DNA of 64,000 nucleotides from Vitrella brassicaformis CCMP3155. Taxonomy: Eukaryota; Protista; Chromerida. The notes below the pieces were generated by a model. It was given only the letters and a program-made list of their open reading frames with translations, ran no database searches and was not told the origin of the DNA. Position 1 is the stretch's first letter; each line of letters begins with the position of its first letter. Below, piece after piece: positions 38,341 through 51,556 of the stretch. Both the position numbers and the translations under genes were made by a program. The stretch spans positions 124,001 to 188,000 of the forward strand of contig CDMY01000989.1 in assembly GCA_001179505.1 (NCBI GenBank). The letters run 5' to 3'.

Positions 38341-40559
38341 TCAGCAGCCGCAGTCGTATGTCTCGTTGTCAAAGTAGTTGAAGGGAATCGACTCACCCAC
38401 ACGCCACGTGAACTCCCACAACCTACACACAGCCACCCACCCATTTATCCATCCATTCTTCTGTATGTGTATGTGTGGAAGTATCTATACCGGATGGGTG
38501 GCTCCCGTCTTTTGAACAGGTCAACGAAGTTGTCTCGCATTCCTCTGAGGCCGCTTCCCAAGCTAAAGGGGGCTAAATGGGGCGGCAGCTCACGAAGGTA
38601 GTCAATCCTATCACGACGCATGTGTTCTCTTGAAGTTGAAAACACACACACACACACACAGAGGGAAGACAGGTCATTTCTTTTCTCTCTGACGTGTGCT
38701 GTCACACACTTGGTGGTCTGGTTGGTGAGTATGAGAAAGGTCTGGTAGGCCAGAAGACCCAGCTGCACCACACGCACACGCAGAGTGAAGGACAACAGAC
38801 AATCCGTCAATCCATCCATCGAGGTATTGATCTGCTCGCCCTCCTCTATTGTTCTTGGCTCACCGTGATGCCCACGAGCACCATGAGAGAGCCCCATATG
38901 AGGAGGGTCAGCATGTTCCTCTTCAGCCAGTCGATAGCGTAGAACTTCTCGTGGAACGCTGAAAATGCCTGGACACACACACACACACACACACCACACC
39001 GAGGACGCAGAAGCACTATCCATTCCCTGCTGTCTGTCTCTCTTTGTGTCTGTCCGTCCGTCCGTCCGTCTGTCCGTCGGTCGGTCGGTCGGTCCGTCTG
39101 TCTGTCTGTCTGTCTATGTCTGAGCATACCAGTGACGCATCCCATACGAGACACAGAGCACTGAGCCACAGGAAGATGTAGAATTTCCAGTGGTTGAGCT
39201 CGCCCACGCAGCCGCCGACGTAGAAGCAGTGGTGGTCAAAGGTCGCCACACACAGCCCGCACTCTCGGCAGTGGTGCGCCCGGCGCGGCTGCACGATGTC
39301 ACATATGTCACACCAGTGAAGCGGGGGTTGGACCTCGCCAGATGCCGTCACGTGGTAAAAGATGCTATCCACCTCTTCACCAACTGCCCCTCTGCCGTCT
39401 CTGCCGTCCGCTGTGGCTCCCTCTGTGTGGGCGTGGGTGTGTGTGGGGTCACCGCATTCACTACCGTCTCTATCGCTGGCCAGGTCGTAGACGTCACACT
39501 GTGGGCCATTGGCCTGGTCGGCAGAGGATGGCTGGGCGGGAGTCTCGTTCTCGGCGGTGTCGCTGGTGGATTTGCCGACCACCTGTGGCTCAAGCGACTC
39601 GGCAGTGCTCGCTGTCGTGTTGCGGTGATAAGACGGAGGGACAATCTCACCCTCAGATTCCTTCACACGATAGCCACTATCGTCCATCACTGGAAGCGGT
39701 GGTGGTGGTGGTGGTGGTGTCTCCCTCTCCCTCTCCCTCTGCCGGTCTTTCTCCTTTGTTCGCCGCATTCTCTCAGCAAACGTCCTGTTGGGCTTCAGAT
39801 ACCCCGGCCCGCGGCCCTTGCAGCTGACGCTGCGGTACCAGTACCAGGCCAGGCCGTGCAGCGTGGCGTATGTGAGTATGTAGAGGGACGAGAGGGGGTG
39901 TGTGAGGGTGGAGAGGACGTGTGAGAGCTCTGAGTCCTCGACAAACAGCCAGGAGAGAAAGAGGAACGAGGCGATGCCGTGGAAGAGGCGGGAGGAAAGG
40001 CCCGTCCATCGAACCTGGCATATATGCATACATACATGCACCGTCCGTCCACCATAATGTGGGGCCTGCCCTGGCTCCTACACCCAGTCACACCTCTTCG
40101 GGGAGGTGTTTGGTGGGGTCATCCAGAGTCACAGTGGTTGCCTCTGACCACATGGCTGTCGGCCAACCGGGCCCACAGCCACTGTACTCAGCGAAATCTA
40201 TCCCATGGTCGTCCTGCAGCACACGCACAAGGGCCGTCATGGAGAGGGAGAGACGCCATCATGACGTAAGCATCATTGCATCAATGCTTGGGTGTGAAAG
40301 GCCCTTCATCTTCCCCCCTACTGACCTGTACCTCTTCACTCGCTTCCCTGTGGTCCTCCACCCCCGCCAAGTCATTCTCCTCGATGACGAATTCCACTCT
40401 TGCTCGCCCGTTGTTCCTTACATTCTTGAACGGCGACAGATCAACAATTTCAGCCCCTGGAGATGAGGACTCACGCACCCTGCGCTCAGGAGTGGTGGGC
40501 GTCATGTCGAACCGTGTGAGACGCCTCCGGGGACGCCGAGGCCCCCACCGCGATCTCAA
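38341..40559 (-). CDS. DHHC-type protein S-acyltransferase (palmitoyltransferase)
   Basis: WCDICDIVQPRRAHHCRECGLCVATFDHHCFYVGGCVGELNHWKFYIFL (DHHC-CRD), TM segments, NQTT (TTxE-like) region, and C-terminal FNYFDNETYDCGC*. Confidence 0.93.
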
Positions 40560-41010
40560 AGTCGATCCCTCGGCAGATGCCGCCCTCTCCTGACCTCACA
40601 CCTCATCGCTTAGCTCTACAGGATGATGATTATCGGCGTCCTCACCTTCTTCGGTCAACAGAAACGGAGATTCGGCGAAGATTTGCTCAGATATGTATCG
40701 TCCGTTCCTGGCTGTGCGTGATTGCAGGCTTCACCAAGAACAAATCCAACTCTTATCTGCCGTGCATTCACGGGGACCGCCAAATCACGCCGACAACCAC
40801 ATTCTCCCGCCCTCCCTGCAGGCCCCCCGGTGTGCTCTGAGAAGACACGGGTGACCATCTGAGGCATCTCGGCTCATTTCTCTGAGGCCCACCTCCCACC
40901 AGGAGCCCAGGAGAGCCCCTGTTGGCTGTCGCGTGATTTGTCCCGCCCCGCCATCCGTCCATACGACAACACGTCCCTCTGGTCAGCACAAGGGGCTGGC
41001 AACGTAATCA

Positions 41011-43999
41011 ATGGGTGCGGTCACTTTGTGGAGCGTCCTACCTGGGGCCCTCCAGCCTGTCCTTCTCATCGCTCTGCTCTGGTCTGTGGGATTCCTACTC
41101 GGTCAGCCACACACACCAAAACACACGGCACTGTCTCAGGTTTTTTCTTCCATCTCAGGTACGTTTCCCCGTGGCAAGCCTGTGTTGGATGATGGGTTCG
41201 TCAAGAAGCTGAGCCGCCTGACGACGGAGGTGCTGCTGCCGGCTCTTTCCTTTCTCTCCCTGTCGGCGTCATTCTCTGTGGAGAAAGTATCGACTCTGTG
41301 GCCGCTGGTCGTGTGGGGCGCCTTCCAGCTGTCACTGTCCTTCTGCCTCGGACAGCTGGCCGTGCTGACCCTCAAGATCGCTGCCAGGAGGTGGAACCTA
41401 CCATCGCTCCCACCGCCTGTGCTCGCACTGATTCCTATGGTAAATGTGTGCAGATGAGGGAATGCACTGGGTCTGTCCTTAGAGTCATTCGTGTGCTGCT
41501 GTCTGGTGGTTTGGTTGTCTGGTCGTTGTTTGTGTCTGTGTCTGTAGGTGTGTACGTGGCACAACGCTACAGGGTTTCCCGTGCCAGTGGCTCAGGCGCT
41601 GTGCGACTTCCTGGACGACCCTGAGGTCAGTAGATGTACCAAACGGACCGCATTGGCCTCGATGTGAGAATGTGCCATATGTGTGTGGGCTGTTGATTGG
41701 TTCAGGAGTGTGCCGAGGAGATGAATGGGTATTCGTTCATGTACACGCTCATGTGGCGCATCACCATCTGGTACGCAGAGAGAGACACAGACATCAAAAC
41801 ATTGGAAAGGCAGACATGTCCACGTGTGGCTCAGGTCCATCGGCGACTACCTCATCAGACGGATAGCCACACTACTCGAGAGAGAAAAGGAAAAGACCCA
41901 ACTGCCGCCCCTGCCCTCCCCCTCCCCATCCCCCACCCNNNNNNNNNNNNNNNNNNNNNNNNNNNNNNNNNNNNNNNNNNNNNNNNNNNNNNNNNNNNNN
42001 NNNNNNNNNNNNNNNNNNNNNNNNNNNNNNNNNNNNNNNNNNNNNNNNNNNNNNNNNNNNNNNNNNNNNNNNNNNNNNNNNNNNNNNNNNNNNNNNNNNN
42101 NNNNNNNNNNNNNNNNNNNNNNNNNNNNNNNNNNNNNNNNNNNNNNNNNNNNNNNNNNNNNNNNNNNNNNNNNNNNNNNNNNNNNNNNNNNNNNNNNNNN
42201 NNNNNNNNNNNNNNNNNNNNNNNNNNNNNNNNNNNNNNCCCCCTTTCCCCCCCACCACCGCCCCCTCTCCCCGCCCTCGCCGCCATGGCCAGCCTGGCGG
42301 AGATAGAGATGACCCGCTGCAGCAGCGGGCCCACTGCATCCACTGCTGTCTCACCCTCCTCGAGAGACCCCGCCGTGCCGCTCTCCAGTGAGAACTCGCA
42401 GGCCTCCACGCCATCGCAGCAGCCCAAGAAGACCACCAAGAAGGCCTCCCCGAAACAGAGACGCCGCAAGGCCATGCGGTTCAGGAGCCCCGACGGCCAC
42501 AACAAGGACCACAAGCTGGCAACGATGCGTAACAAGTCGTTTCACGTGAGACGCGGGTCGGACGGCACGAAAACACCGCTGCTGAGCGACGCCGAGAAGG
42601 GTTTGCCGCGGTCGGCGGTGAGCGAGCGGCTAGTCAAGAACATGCCGGCCTTCGAGGCCCTGTCGAGACACAACAGGGCCAGGTGTGGCTCTGCGCAGAG
42701 CGACTGTGGGGCGGAGGGGGAGGGCGCCTCACCTTCAGCTGAGGGTGGGGCGAATGGTGGGAGGGAGAGGGAGGGGAGTAGGGCGTCCACACGGGAGGGG
42801 AGCGAGAGCGATAGCAGGGTGACGGAGGCAGGCAGGGGCCTTAAGGCGTGGGCCGCGGTCAAGAAATGGTGGTCACAGGGTAAGCAGACAGAGAGAGAGA
42901 AGACACCAAGTAGACGGAGCAACGGGGCGCCTGATCTGTGTTTTGTGTTTTTTCTGTTGTGTGTGTCTCTGTGTGCCGTGCAGTGTGTCGTTGCGTGGCG
43001 TGGGTGTGGGGTATGATGGGCCCGCTGACCAACCCGATGATGATGTCGACGTGGCTCGGCATCCTGTTCGGCCTCTGGCCCGCATTCAAGACACAGCTCT
43101 ACGGAGACACCGGCAGATTCAAGTGAGGAATTGACCTACCGACCCACCACACACATGGGAGACACTGAGGCACATTCTGTGTGTCTTGTATATGATACAG
43201 GGTGTTGGGTAAGGCGTTAGAATTCTACGGTGAGCCGGCCACGTGTGTGAGTGTACTCGTCATGGGCGCATCCCTCGCACACGTAAGGACACGACAATCT
43301 GACTCCGCATCGCATTCCTCCACACAACACACACACGCCCCATTTCACCGTCCTTTTCTGTGGGCCTGCAGAGTTTTCGGGATCGCCATTCGCCCCGCTC
43401 GTCGGACACATCCAGTTCATTCAGCAACTTCCCATGGTCAGCCGCCAACACATGACCCACACACACCACACACACCATTGTGTGTGTGTTTCTCTTTTGC
43501 CAGGCATGCATTGATCGCTCTGTTGGCCGTCAAGATCATCCTCATCCCCTCAGCGGCCATCCTCTCCTTCTACACACTCGACCACCTGGCTGGCCTGACC
43601 TACCCGGCCGCACTCGAGACGCCCCACCTCGACATACGCCCCACCGCCGCCAGCGCACCACACGTACATACGCCGGCCCCGCTGCCGCCCCACACGAGAT
43701 CCATCTTCTCTGTATTGCCGCCGTCCACTTATGTGCGGCTTATCGTACTGGTACGCAGACACACACATAGACACACACACACAGAGAGGGGAAAGGAAAA
43801 GGAAACCCGCGTTTGTGTTGTCTCTGTTTGTTGAGTGTAGATTGAGTTTTGCTCTCCCCCGGCCAACACACACGTGGTGATGGCGCGGAAGGTGGGGTTC
43901 AACCCCTCTGGGGTGTATTTGTGGCTGGTGCCCTTCACGCTCCTGCCTTTGCTGACCGTGACGGCCTTCTTCCACTGGTGCTATGCCTCCGGACCATAG
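41011..43999 (+). CDS. Auxin efflux carrier (AEC/PILS-like) membrane transporter; spans the assembly gap
   Basis: LSRLTTEVLLPALSFLSL, NATGFPVPVAQALC, long central hydrophilic loop, LTNPMMMSTWLGILFGL, ALEFYGEPATCVSVLVMGASL, LLAVKIILIP, EFCSPPANTHVVMA. This matches the AEC family layout. Confidence 0.85.
41939..42238. other. Assembly gap (300 N)
   Basis: Run of N flanked by C-rich sequence. Confidence 1.
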
Positions 44000-45234
44000 A
44001 CAGCGAGGGAGGGAGGGAGGGAGGGAAGGAAGGTGTCACACGCTCACATATGCGTCTGTATGTATGTATGTATGGGCACATATAGCCACACGCACAAGGG
44101 GTGTGTACGCATGAGTGAATGAGTGAATGGACTTTTTCCACCAGAGCGTCTGTGTGTTGATTGGATTTTTCGCGTGAGGGGTGAGGAGGGGAGAAAGGAA
44201 GGAAGGAAAGGACGGAAGAGATGAGATGAGGTGAGGTGATACGAGGGAGGAGATGGTTTCAATTTGACCGGCGCTAGCTGTCTGTCTGTGTGGTAAATGT
44301 CTGTCTGTCTGTCTGTCTCCCCGCTGATTTTTATTAAGCCCATGGTGATGACCATTTGTTGCAACGCGCTGAGTGCTCTCCACTGCTGCCTATGATCCAA
44401 CTGACACAACAATATCAGAACACGCACCTGCCACGGGTGCGTCCGTATGTGCATGCATTTCACTATTGTGTGTTTGTGCTGGGGCGGTCTGCCTGTGCCG
44501 CCGTAGAGCGAACGGCCGGCAGGCAAGTTGGTGGGGTGGATGTGTGGGATTATTGTTTTTCAACAAGACCGGTTTTGTTGAAGATCGATTCATTCTTTTG
44601 ATTAAGTGCGTATGTGGATGCGTGTCCGTGTTCTTGCCCTGCCTGCCTGCCTGCCTGCGTGGCTACATGCCTTCTCATCTCATTAGGGAGAAAGGAAAGA
44701 ACACAGCACAAACGCACTGCATATACAGTACACACACATACATATACACATATATCAGTGTGCGAGTGCTGTGCTGTGCACGTGTGTGTATGTGTGTGTG
44801 TGTGTGTCGCCGCTAGCTAGGCTTTGCTGCGGGCGGGGCGTATGCATGCCATGCGTGCCCTTGGTTGAGGCGCACCGGGGGTCGGGGCGATGGGACACAC
44901 CCAAACACACGCACATCCACACATCCACCCACACAGACGTTGGTATCAATCACGTGATATCGATGGACTGGACGGATGCTCATAGACATCATTCACCATT
45001 CATTCAACGAATCTGACCACCATCCATGGCATGGACAGCAAGCAGTGCAGTCTGCACACACAATTCTCTCTTGCCAGCAATGCATTGACTGATCCATCCA
45101 TCCCCACAGGCAGGCATAAGACAACACACGAGCCAGCCAAGTGCCCGCCCTCCACCCACCACCCCGCCACACCACACCACACCCCGGCCAGCCACCCAGG
45201 TTGGTTGGTGAGTGAGCGGCTGAGTCCGTGTGTG

Positions 45235-48154
45235 TCACTTTTTCTTCTTTTTCTTTTCGGCCTTGAGTCGTGTCTCTTCCTCCAGCTGCTTCTTCTCAAC
45301 CAACTGGGTTTCAAGAATGCCCAACTGGGACCTGCACTAGAACACAAAGAAAGAGAGAGGGAGGTCAGCCATTATATTCACACAGCGAATCAATCAGCGG
45401 TTTCTCTGTCTGTCCACAATGAATGCAATGCGATGCGTCCGCTCACTGACTTTGCCTGCTCCAGCAGCTGAGGCGGGACGTCATAGTGCTCCGCCTCGGA
45501 CACATTCTTCTGCACACACACACACGCACACACACACACCCCAGACAAGCAAACACCCATTCATGCGGGTCTTGATTCGTGTCTCGCTTCGTGTGGTCTG
45601 AGTCAGGTGACTGACTCACCCTGTATTCCTCGAGGTATGCCTCAAAGGCCTCCGAGTTGGCGTGCCATGACGGCAGGGTCGCGGCCACATAGTCAGGGAT
45701 GCCCTCCTCGCCCAGCAGCGACTTCAACGCACACGCAGGGGCCACCTCGACCACACGACCATGCAGTGACCTAAGGACACAGACAGACACACAAATGTAC
45801 AGAGCAAACCCTCAGGGAGGAATGAGACATGAGCCATTGGCATGGGAGGAGAGTGAATGCTCACTTCTGGGATCTTAGAGTGCCGAGAAGTCGGTCTGCG
45901 CGTTGCAGCAGTGCGTCTGTGGCCTGCTCTTCCTTGGCCACTTTGAGCTGCTCCTCAAGCACCCTGCGGGAACACCAAGACGGTAGGTACATGACACGCA
46001 GGCAGACAGGCAGACACTCACTCAGCTTTTTGGCCTACCGCATGAATGAATCGGACGGCCTGAATGCTGCCGTGGATGCCGCAGCTGGGAGGGAGGTCTT
46101 CTTGCCAAGGGTCCTTGTGAGGTCGCACTCCGCCTTGAGACGCCGCACGAGAGCCGTCGCACGACTCAGCAAGTGGGAGTCGGCCTCCTGTGTGTGGCCA
46201 GCCACGAGCAGGAAGGGAGTCATATAAGAGCTTCATTGGCATATGGATGCCTACATGTTTGAGGGCTTCTGTTTGTGCCTCCTTGAGCGTCGCCATGGCG
46301 CCGAAGAATGTCTCCACATCCTCGATGGCCTGCAGACGGCAGCATACACACGCATATCGCACGAGATGCAGACATACACCTCACTGCCACCCTTACAGGG
46401 AGGTCCATGGCCTTGCTGAGGGCGATTTCGCTCTCCAGTTTGGCCTTCATCCTGATGCACTGGTCGTAGAGCTTGACGTCCACAGGTTTGTCCTTGGCGC
46501 CCTCGAGAGCCTGCTTGATGGACGACAGCTGGTGCGGCGCCTCCACGTTGAGCTGGTAGGCGTTGGACAGCTGGTGCTCGGCCTCCTGGATGGTGCTCTT
46601 GACAGGCTGAGACCTTGGCTCGCGAAAGGAGGAAAGACGATGTCAAGAAGGAGAGGTTGGTCAGAGGCCATTTGTGTATCCTACCAGGTGACGGGTTTCT
46701 CCTTGTCCTGCGAGTCGACCTCTGCATGTGCGTATGTCTTGATGACGGCCTCCTCGCTGAAGAATTCCTCCGTCCAGCTGCACATGAAGCGAAGCACCTG
46801 GATGGGCAAGCAGACAGACAGACAGACAGAGACAGAGAGCAAAGGAAACACATGAAAGAGAGAGAACCGTGCCCTGGATTCAGCCACCTTGTATGAGAAC
46901 TGCTTGTGAGTGATTTTGCACGACAATGTGGCCATGGCCCGCTCCAGCAAGGACTTGACTGCCGGCGCCTGCAGCCGGCAGTGAGGGAGACAGACATGTC
47001 AACAGCCGGCCACGCAATCAGTCATTTGTGTGCACCCACCTACCGTGGCCAGTTCGAGGGCCTTGTGTCCTCTGTCGTTCTTGCAGGATATGTCGATCCC
47101 CTGCGAGAGGACACACTTGACCGTCGTCAAATCTCCGCCCGCCGCAGCTGCATGTGCAGGAGGATGGAGAGATAATGTCATGTCAAAGCAGTGAGCGAGT
47201 CTCTCCTCGCTCACCTGAGTGAAGGACGGTGTTGCCAAGAGCGTCTCGTGTCGAGACGTCAAGATTGGCTCGCAGCAGCAGCCACAGGACGCGCAAATGA
47301 CCCTTGAATGCAGCCCAATGCCTGCCGCAGCAGCAGCAGGCAGCATCACAAAAGCGCCCATATCCTCCCAATATTCCAGACTGCGCCTCACGCACTTACA
47401 GCGGCGTATGTTTCCTTCTGGGTCTCTTGTGGTGTGTCCTGTCATCGCCTCCTTCAGCGACCCTGGTGGCCGACCTGCCTGCAGCCCCCATCTTGGTGTC
47501 TGATGCCCGTGCGCCCCCTGCGTGGCCCTCTCTGGGCCCTTGGGACGCTGCAATGCCCGGCGTGGTTGGCAGGGTGGCTTGAGCGATCAGGTCGTCTCTG
47601 TCTCCTCTCGATTTGTCGCGGTAGATGTCCGCCGCCCCACAAGAGAGGAGGTGACGGGTGAGAGAGACATTGCCGTTGCAGGCCGCCCATGTCAACGCGG
47701 ACCACTGCTTTGAGTCCTGCACACCCATGCACACATAAAGACAGACGGCAGACAAAGTAGGCATCCGTGTTTCTATGTATCCATCTCCCTCTCGCTCACC
47801 TCGTAGTCCACATGTGCGCCCTTCTCTATGAGCTGGATGGCCTCTTCCGTGTCGTTGCGGCGACACGCCTCTAACAGCAGGGGATTCAGCTCATCAGCTG
47901 GAAAACAGCAAAACACATTGCTGTGGTGGAATGGCGTCAGTTAGGAGCCCACTTACCAACGCCTTTCTGTTCTGCCGCCTGCAAAAGCAGCCAGTGACAC
48001 ACGATGATATTCGTCGTCGAAGATATGATCAGCGTGCATACCTCTTCGTCGTCATCGAAATCTGCCGCATTGGCACCGCCCAAGTCGCCCAGCCTGTAGC
48101 CATGCAAAGCACATGAGCCTCCATTCGTAGAGAGGAAGCTTCTTCTCACCTCAT
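45235..48154 (-). CDS. Ankyrin-repeat protein with a helical/coiled-coil C-terminus ending in a Lys tract. Start approximate.
   Basis: LNPLLLEACRRNDTEEAIQLIEKGAHVDY, WSALTWAACNGNVSLTRHLLSCGA, HWAAFKGHLRVLWLLLRANLDVSTRDALGNT, AAAGGDLTTVKCVLSQGIDISCKNDRGHKALELA. C-terminus RLKAEKKKKKK*. Confidence 0.85.
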
Positions 48155-48299
48155 TTTCCCGAGATGGTGGGGGCTGTGTGGGGGCCTGGAGCGAGCTCAA
48201 TTCCTTTTGAGTCGTTGCTGGCCCTGTACGTGCAAGCCCACTTTCGAGTCGGAGGAAGCGATGAGCCCCCCGTTCTTTCCGTCCTCTCGCCCTTCAGCC

Positions 48300-50709
48300 A
48301 TGCTCCCACTGCTGCTGCTCTCTTTGTTTCTCGTCGCGCAGCCGCCTGCAATTCGCGGCCAGCCAGCGGAGGTGACATCAAGTATGCGATTCTCACCTAC
48401 GCAATATGGGCTCCATGGCCCCAGCAGAACATCTTCCCAGCCTTCGACTACTATTCTGAGCGCCTCAACAGCGGCCACTGGAATGGCAAACGGCTCACGG
48501 CGGGGAATACGACGATTCGCCTCGAACGAGACATCATTGAATATGATCGCTCTGGCTGGACCGCGGAGCAGATGGATGCCCTGACCAACGACACCTATTG
48601 CGCTGATAAGCTATGGACTCCTTCCCGATGTTATACTCCCTCTTGCGCAGCACAAGAACCTCCTGCATGTCGTGGGTTGGTCGCTCGACGCCGTCTCAGC
48701 GGATTCATTCGTGTTTGACAAATATCCCTTACCTCCTGAAGTCGGTCAGGGCATCCTCTCGCCCTTCAAGACACGCGGCTACACCAAGTGTGCAGTGATA
48801 AGCTCCAGCAATCCGTACTGGCGTCCGTACGCTGATCTGATCATAGACGCCATCCGGAGAGAGAACATGACGCTCACGCTGCTTATGGACATACCCGGTG
48901 ACCCAGCCAACAATCTCCCCCTTATAGCACTGGGCTATGCGGCCGATGAGGCGATAAACGATACATACGGCAACTGGACATTCGAGCATCAAGATCCGCT
49001 CAACCCGGGAACAAACAAGACCTACGGGCCCAAATTGCTTGGGAACAATCATCTTGGAGAGGACTTTGCCCAGGGCCTCAAAGATACCGGCATCGAGGTT
49101 CTCTTCCATCATGGTTTTGCCGATTCATTGACCTTGGGGCCTGACAATTATGATAAGATGAATATGGACGTCGAGAATGAATTCAACCAGATTCTCATCG
49201 ACAAGGGCGTCGACCTGAAGGCCAGTCGATCAATTAATCAGTCAGTCAGTCTGTCAGTCAATCAGATAGCGAGTCAGGCCAGGAGAAGGGAGGGAGGGAT
49301 CCGTGTGACGTGTGATGTTTCAGTCAGTAGTGTCTCTCTATCTGCACACGACGACACAACCCCTTTCTCTTTCTCTGTGCGTGTGTGTGTGTGGTCAGGG
49401 CTGGTACGTACGACCACTGACTGGATCAAATGAAAGCGTTACTTAAAGAACTCTGTTGCTGGACACACAGCTGCATACGTCGGCTTCTGCTGGTGTTGGT
49501 TGGTGTGTTTGTTGCTTGGTGTAGGTTCCGTGACGCTCAAATCGCGACAGCCGACACCTACTACCAGTATGGCGCCCACAATCTGACGGATTTTCTCCTC
49601 ACAAATGCCGAGTGGACGTCCAAGGTCAACTGTTACGATGCCTTCCTCGACGTTTGGAGCAGCGACCTGATCGCCGATTACAACGCCTGGCCCAACCGCA
49701 CCACCGACTACGATAGGATGGTCAATCAGCACCTCCACGCAGGTAGGCAAGCCACCCACCCATCCATCCATCCCCAGCGGGCAGCGGGCGAAGGGATGAC
49801 ATGTTTATTTGTGCGTGTTTGCACCTTCATTCATCAGCGCATCTGCTGGCGATTGCCATTTCAATGTTGACCGAGTGGAGTCCCGACATGGACACGAACC
49901 GGGCGGCCATCAAGGCGGCGCTTTAGAACAACAGCTTCGACACCTTCTGGGACACCAACATGTGGTTCGACAAGGATAACCGACTGAACGGCGACTTCAT
50001 CACGCTCCAGCAGTTCCCAGGGACCACCAGCTTCGACGACTTGAAGGTCGTGGCACCTGAGACCGTCGCAGAGGTGCCCATCCAGATCCCCTTGCCGAGC
50101 TTCCAATCGAGGTTTGAGGGCTGCCCCCCTGGCACGTTTAACAACGGTACGTACAGCTGAGAAGTGTCGACTCTTCTGTTATAGCTGCAGATAGAAACAC
50201 ACTGTATCGACGGCTCGTGTCTCCCCTTGGTTTGTCATCTGTCGGTCTGCTTGCAGGGTTGGAGTGCCAAAACTGCTCGGCCAACACCTTCAACGACCGC
50301 ATGAATGTCTCAGCGTGTGACTCGTGTCCCGCGGGGTCGGTCCAGCCCGCAGCGGCGGAGACGGCATGCGAGTGCGCGATAGGCTTCTACAGAGTATACA
50401 GAGAGGGCTCGGCGAACTACACGGCCTGCCGAGCCCGCTCGACGACCAACACCACAGGAGCGACGTCCATCCACCACTGCGAGTGCGAAGCGGGATTCTA
50501 CCTTCTGGCCGGGAGTAAGTACTGCCAGCCAAAGTAAGTACTCCCACGTGGCGAGACATTGTATGTGTGGTTGAGCACTAAGGGCCATCTATCTGTGTGT
50601 GCCTAGTGACGAGTCGTCCGCTCGTTCCTCAGCCATGCTGCTCCCGTTGGTGCTGCTCCTGCCGTGTCTCGCCATGCTCCTCCCTGCAGCGCAAGGGGTG
50701 GTCCACTGA
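48300..50709 (+). pseudogene. Disrupted gene for a secreted, probably GPI-anchored protein: periplasmic-binding-protein type 1 (Venus flytrap) domain + GCC2/GCC3 Cys-rich repeats
   Basis: Signal peptide MLPLLLLSLFLVAQPPAIRG. PBP1-like AFDYYSERLNSG..IRLE..YD and AAIKAAL*NNSFDTFW..FDKDN. Cys repeats CPPGTF, CQNCSANTF..CDSCPAGS..CECAIGFY. Hydrophobic tail SSARSSAMLLPLVLLLPCLAMLL. Frameshift at ~48593 and in-frame TAG at 49924-49926. Confidence 0.7.
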
Positions 50710-51556
50710 TCAACTGAAGCGCACAAGCTTGACAGCAGGGGAAGGAGAGGGAGAGGGAGATTGGGTGTGTGTACAAAGGCATAGGTACACAGACAGATGA
50801 AAGTGTGGCTGACTGACCGCTCATGCATAGGCACACGAACCGTGGTCCCTCGCATGCCGGCCCATCTGCCTGTTCTGACTGCATTTATTTATGGATTGTG
50901 TGTGGATGTGGGTCTTTATCTCGACCCTCTTGTGTGTCTGTCTGTCTGCTGAGTAGATAACAGTGGTCTAATTAGTACGGTAGACATGGGTAGGGACCGG
51001 CACGCGGGTAGACAGACAGCGTGTTGCCACCGGTTGTAGCGAATGTGTGAGGCCACCAATAGCGTGGCCTGGATGTATTTTTCGTCCCTGTCTGTCGGTG
51101 TGCGTACTGGACATATCCATCCAGGTGCGTGTTGGCCAACCAATTCATCCCCCGGTGGATGCTTTTTGCGCACGTGTGTGTGGATGGACGGACCAGCTAC
51201 CGCTAGGCCGCTGTGTGTGTGTTGTGCAAGTGCCTGCGTTCATGGCTGCCGGCTGTCCTGGGAATCGGTTCTGTCTCGGATGTATGAGCGCCATGTGTGA
51301 CGGTGTGTGTGGCAATTAATTATCTGCTGTGAAACCCCGGTGCAGCTAAGCTACCATCTCGAGCGTGGTGTCCCCACCTCACCGCGCAGATAGACACTCG
51401 CGCATAACGTATATACGGAAACAAACAAAACGAGCACCCATCGCAGGATTGTTCACCTTCCAAGATGCCTCTCGACCTATGCGATGCGATCCATATGTAT
51501 ATGTACATGCACACACCGGCCGGCCGGCGGGTGAGTCTGTCTGTCTTTCGTATGAC

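Noticed and set aside
41697-42535. Long ORFs crossing 41939-42238
   Set aside because: Artefacts of translating through the N gap.
44000-45230. ORFs between the AEC transporter and the ankyrin gene
   Set aside because: Microsatellite-rich convergent 3' region with no coherent exon chain or domain.
49924-49926. In-frame TAG as a sign of stop-codon reassignment or readthrough
   Set aside because: TAG terminates several intact genes here (e.g. 8175, 10027, 43997, 60348), and the same locus also has frameshifts. Pseudogenisation or error is simpler.
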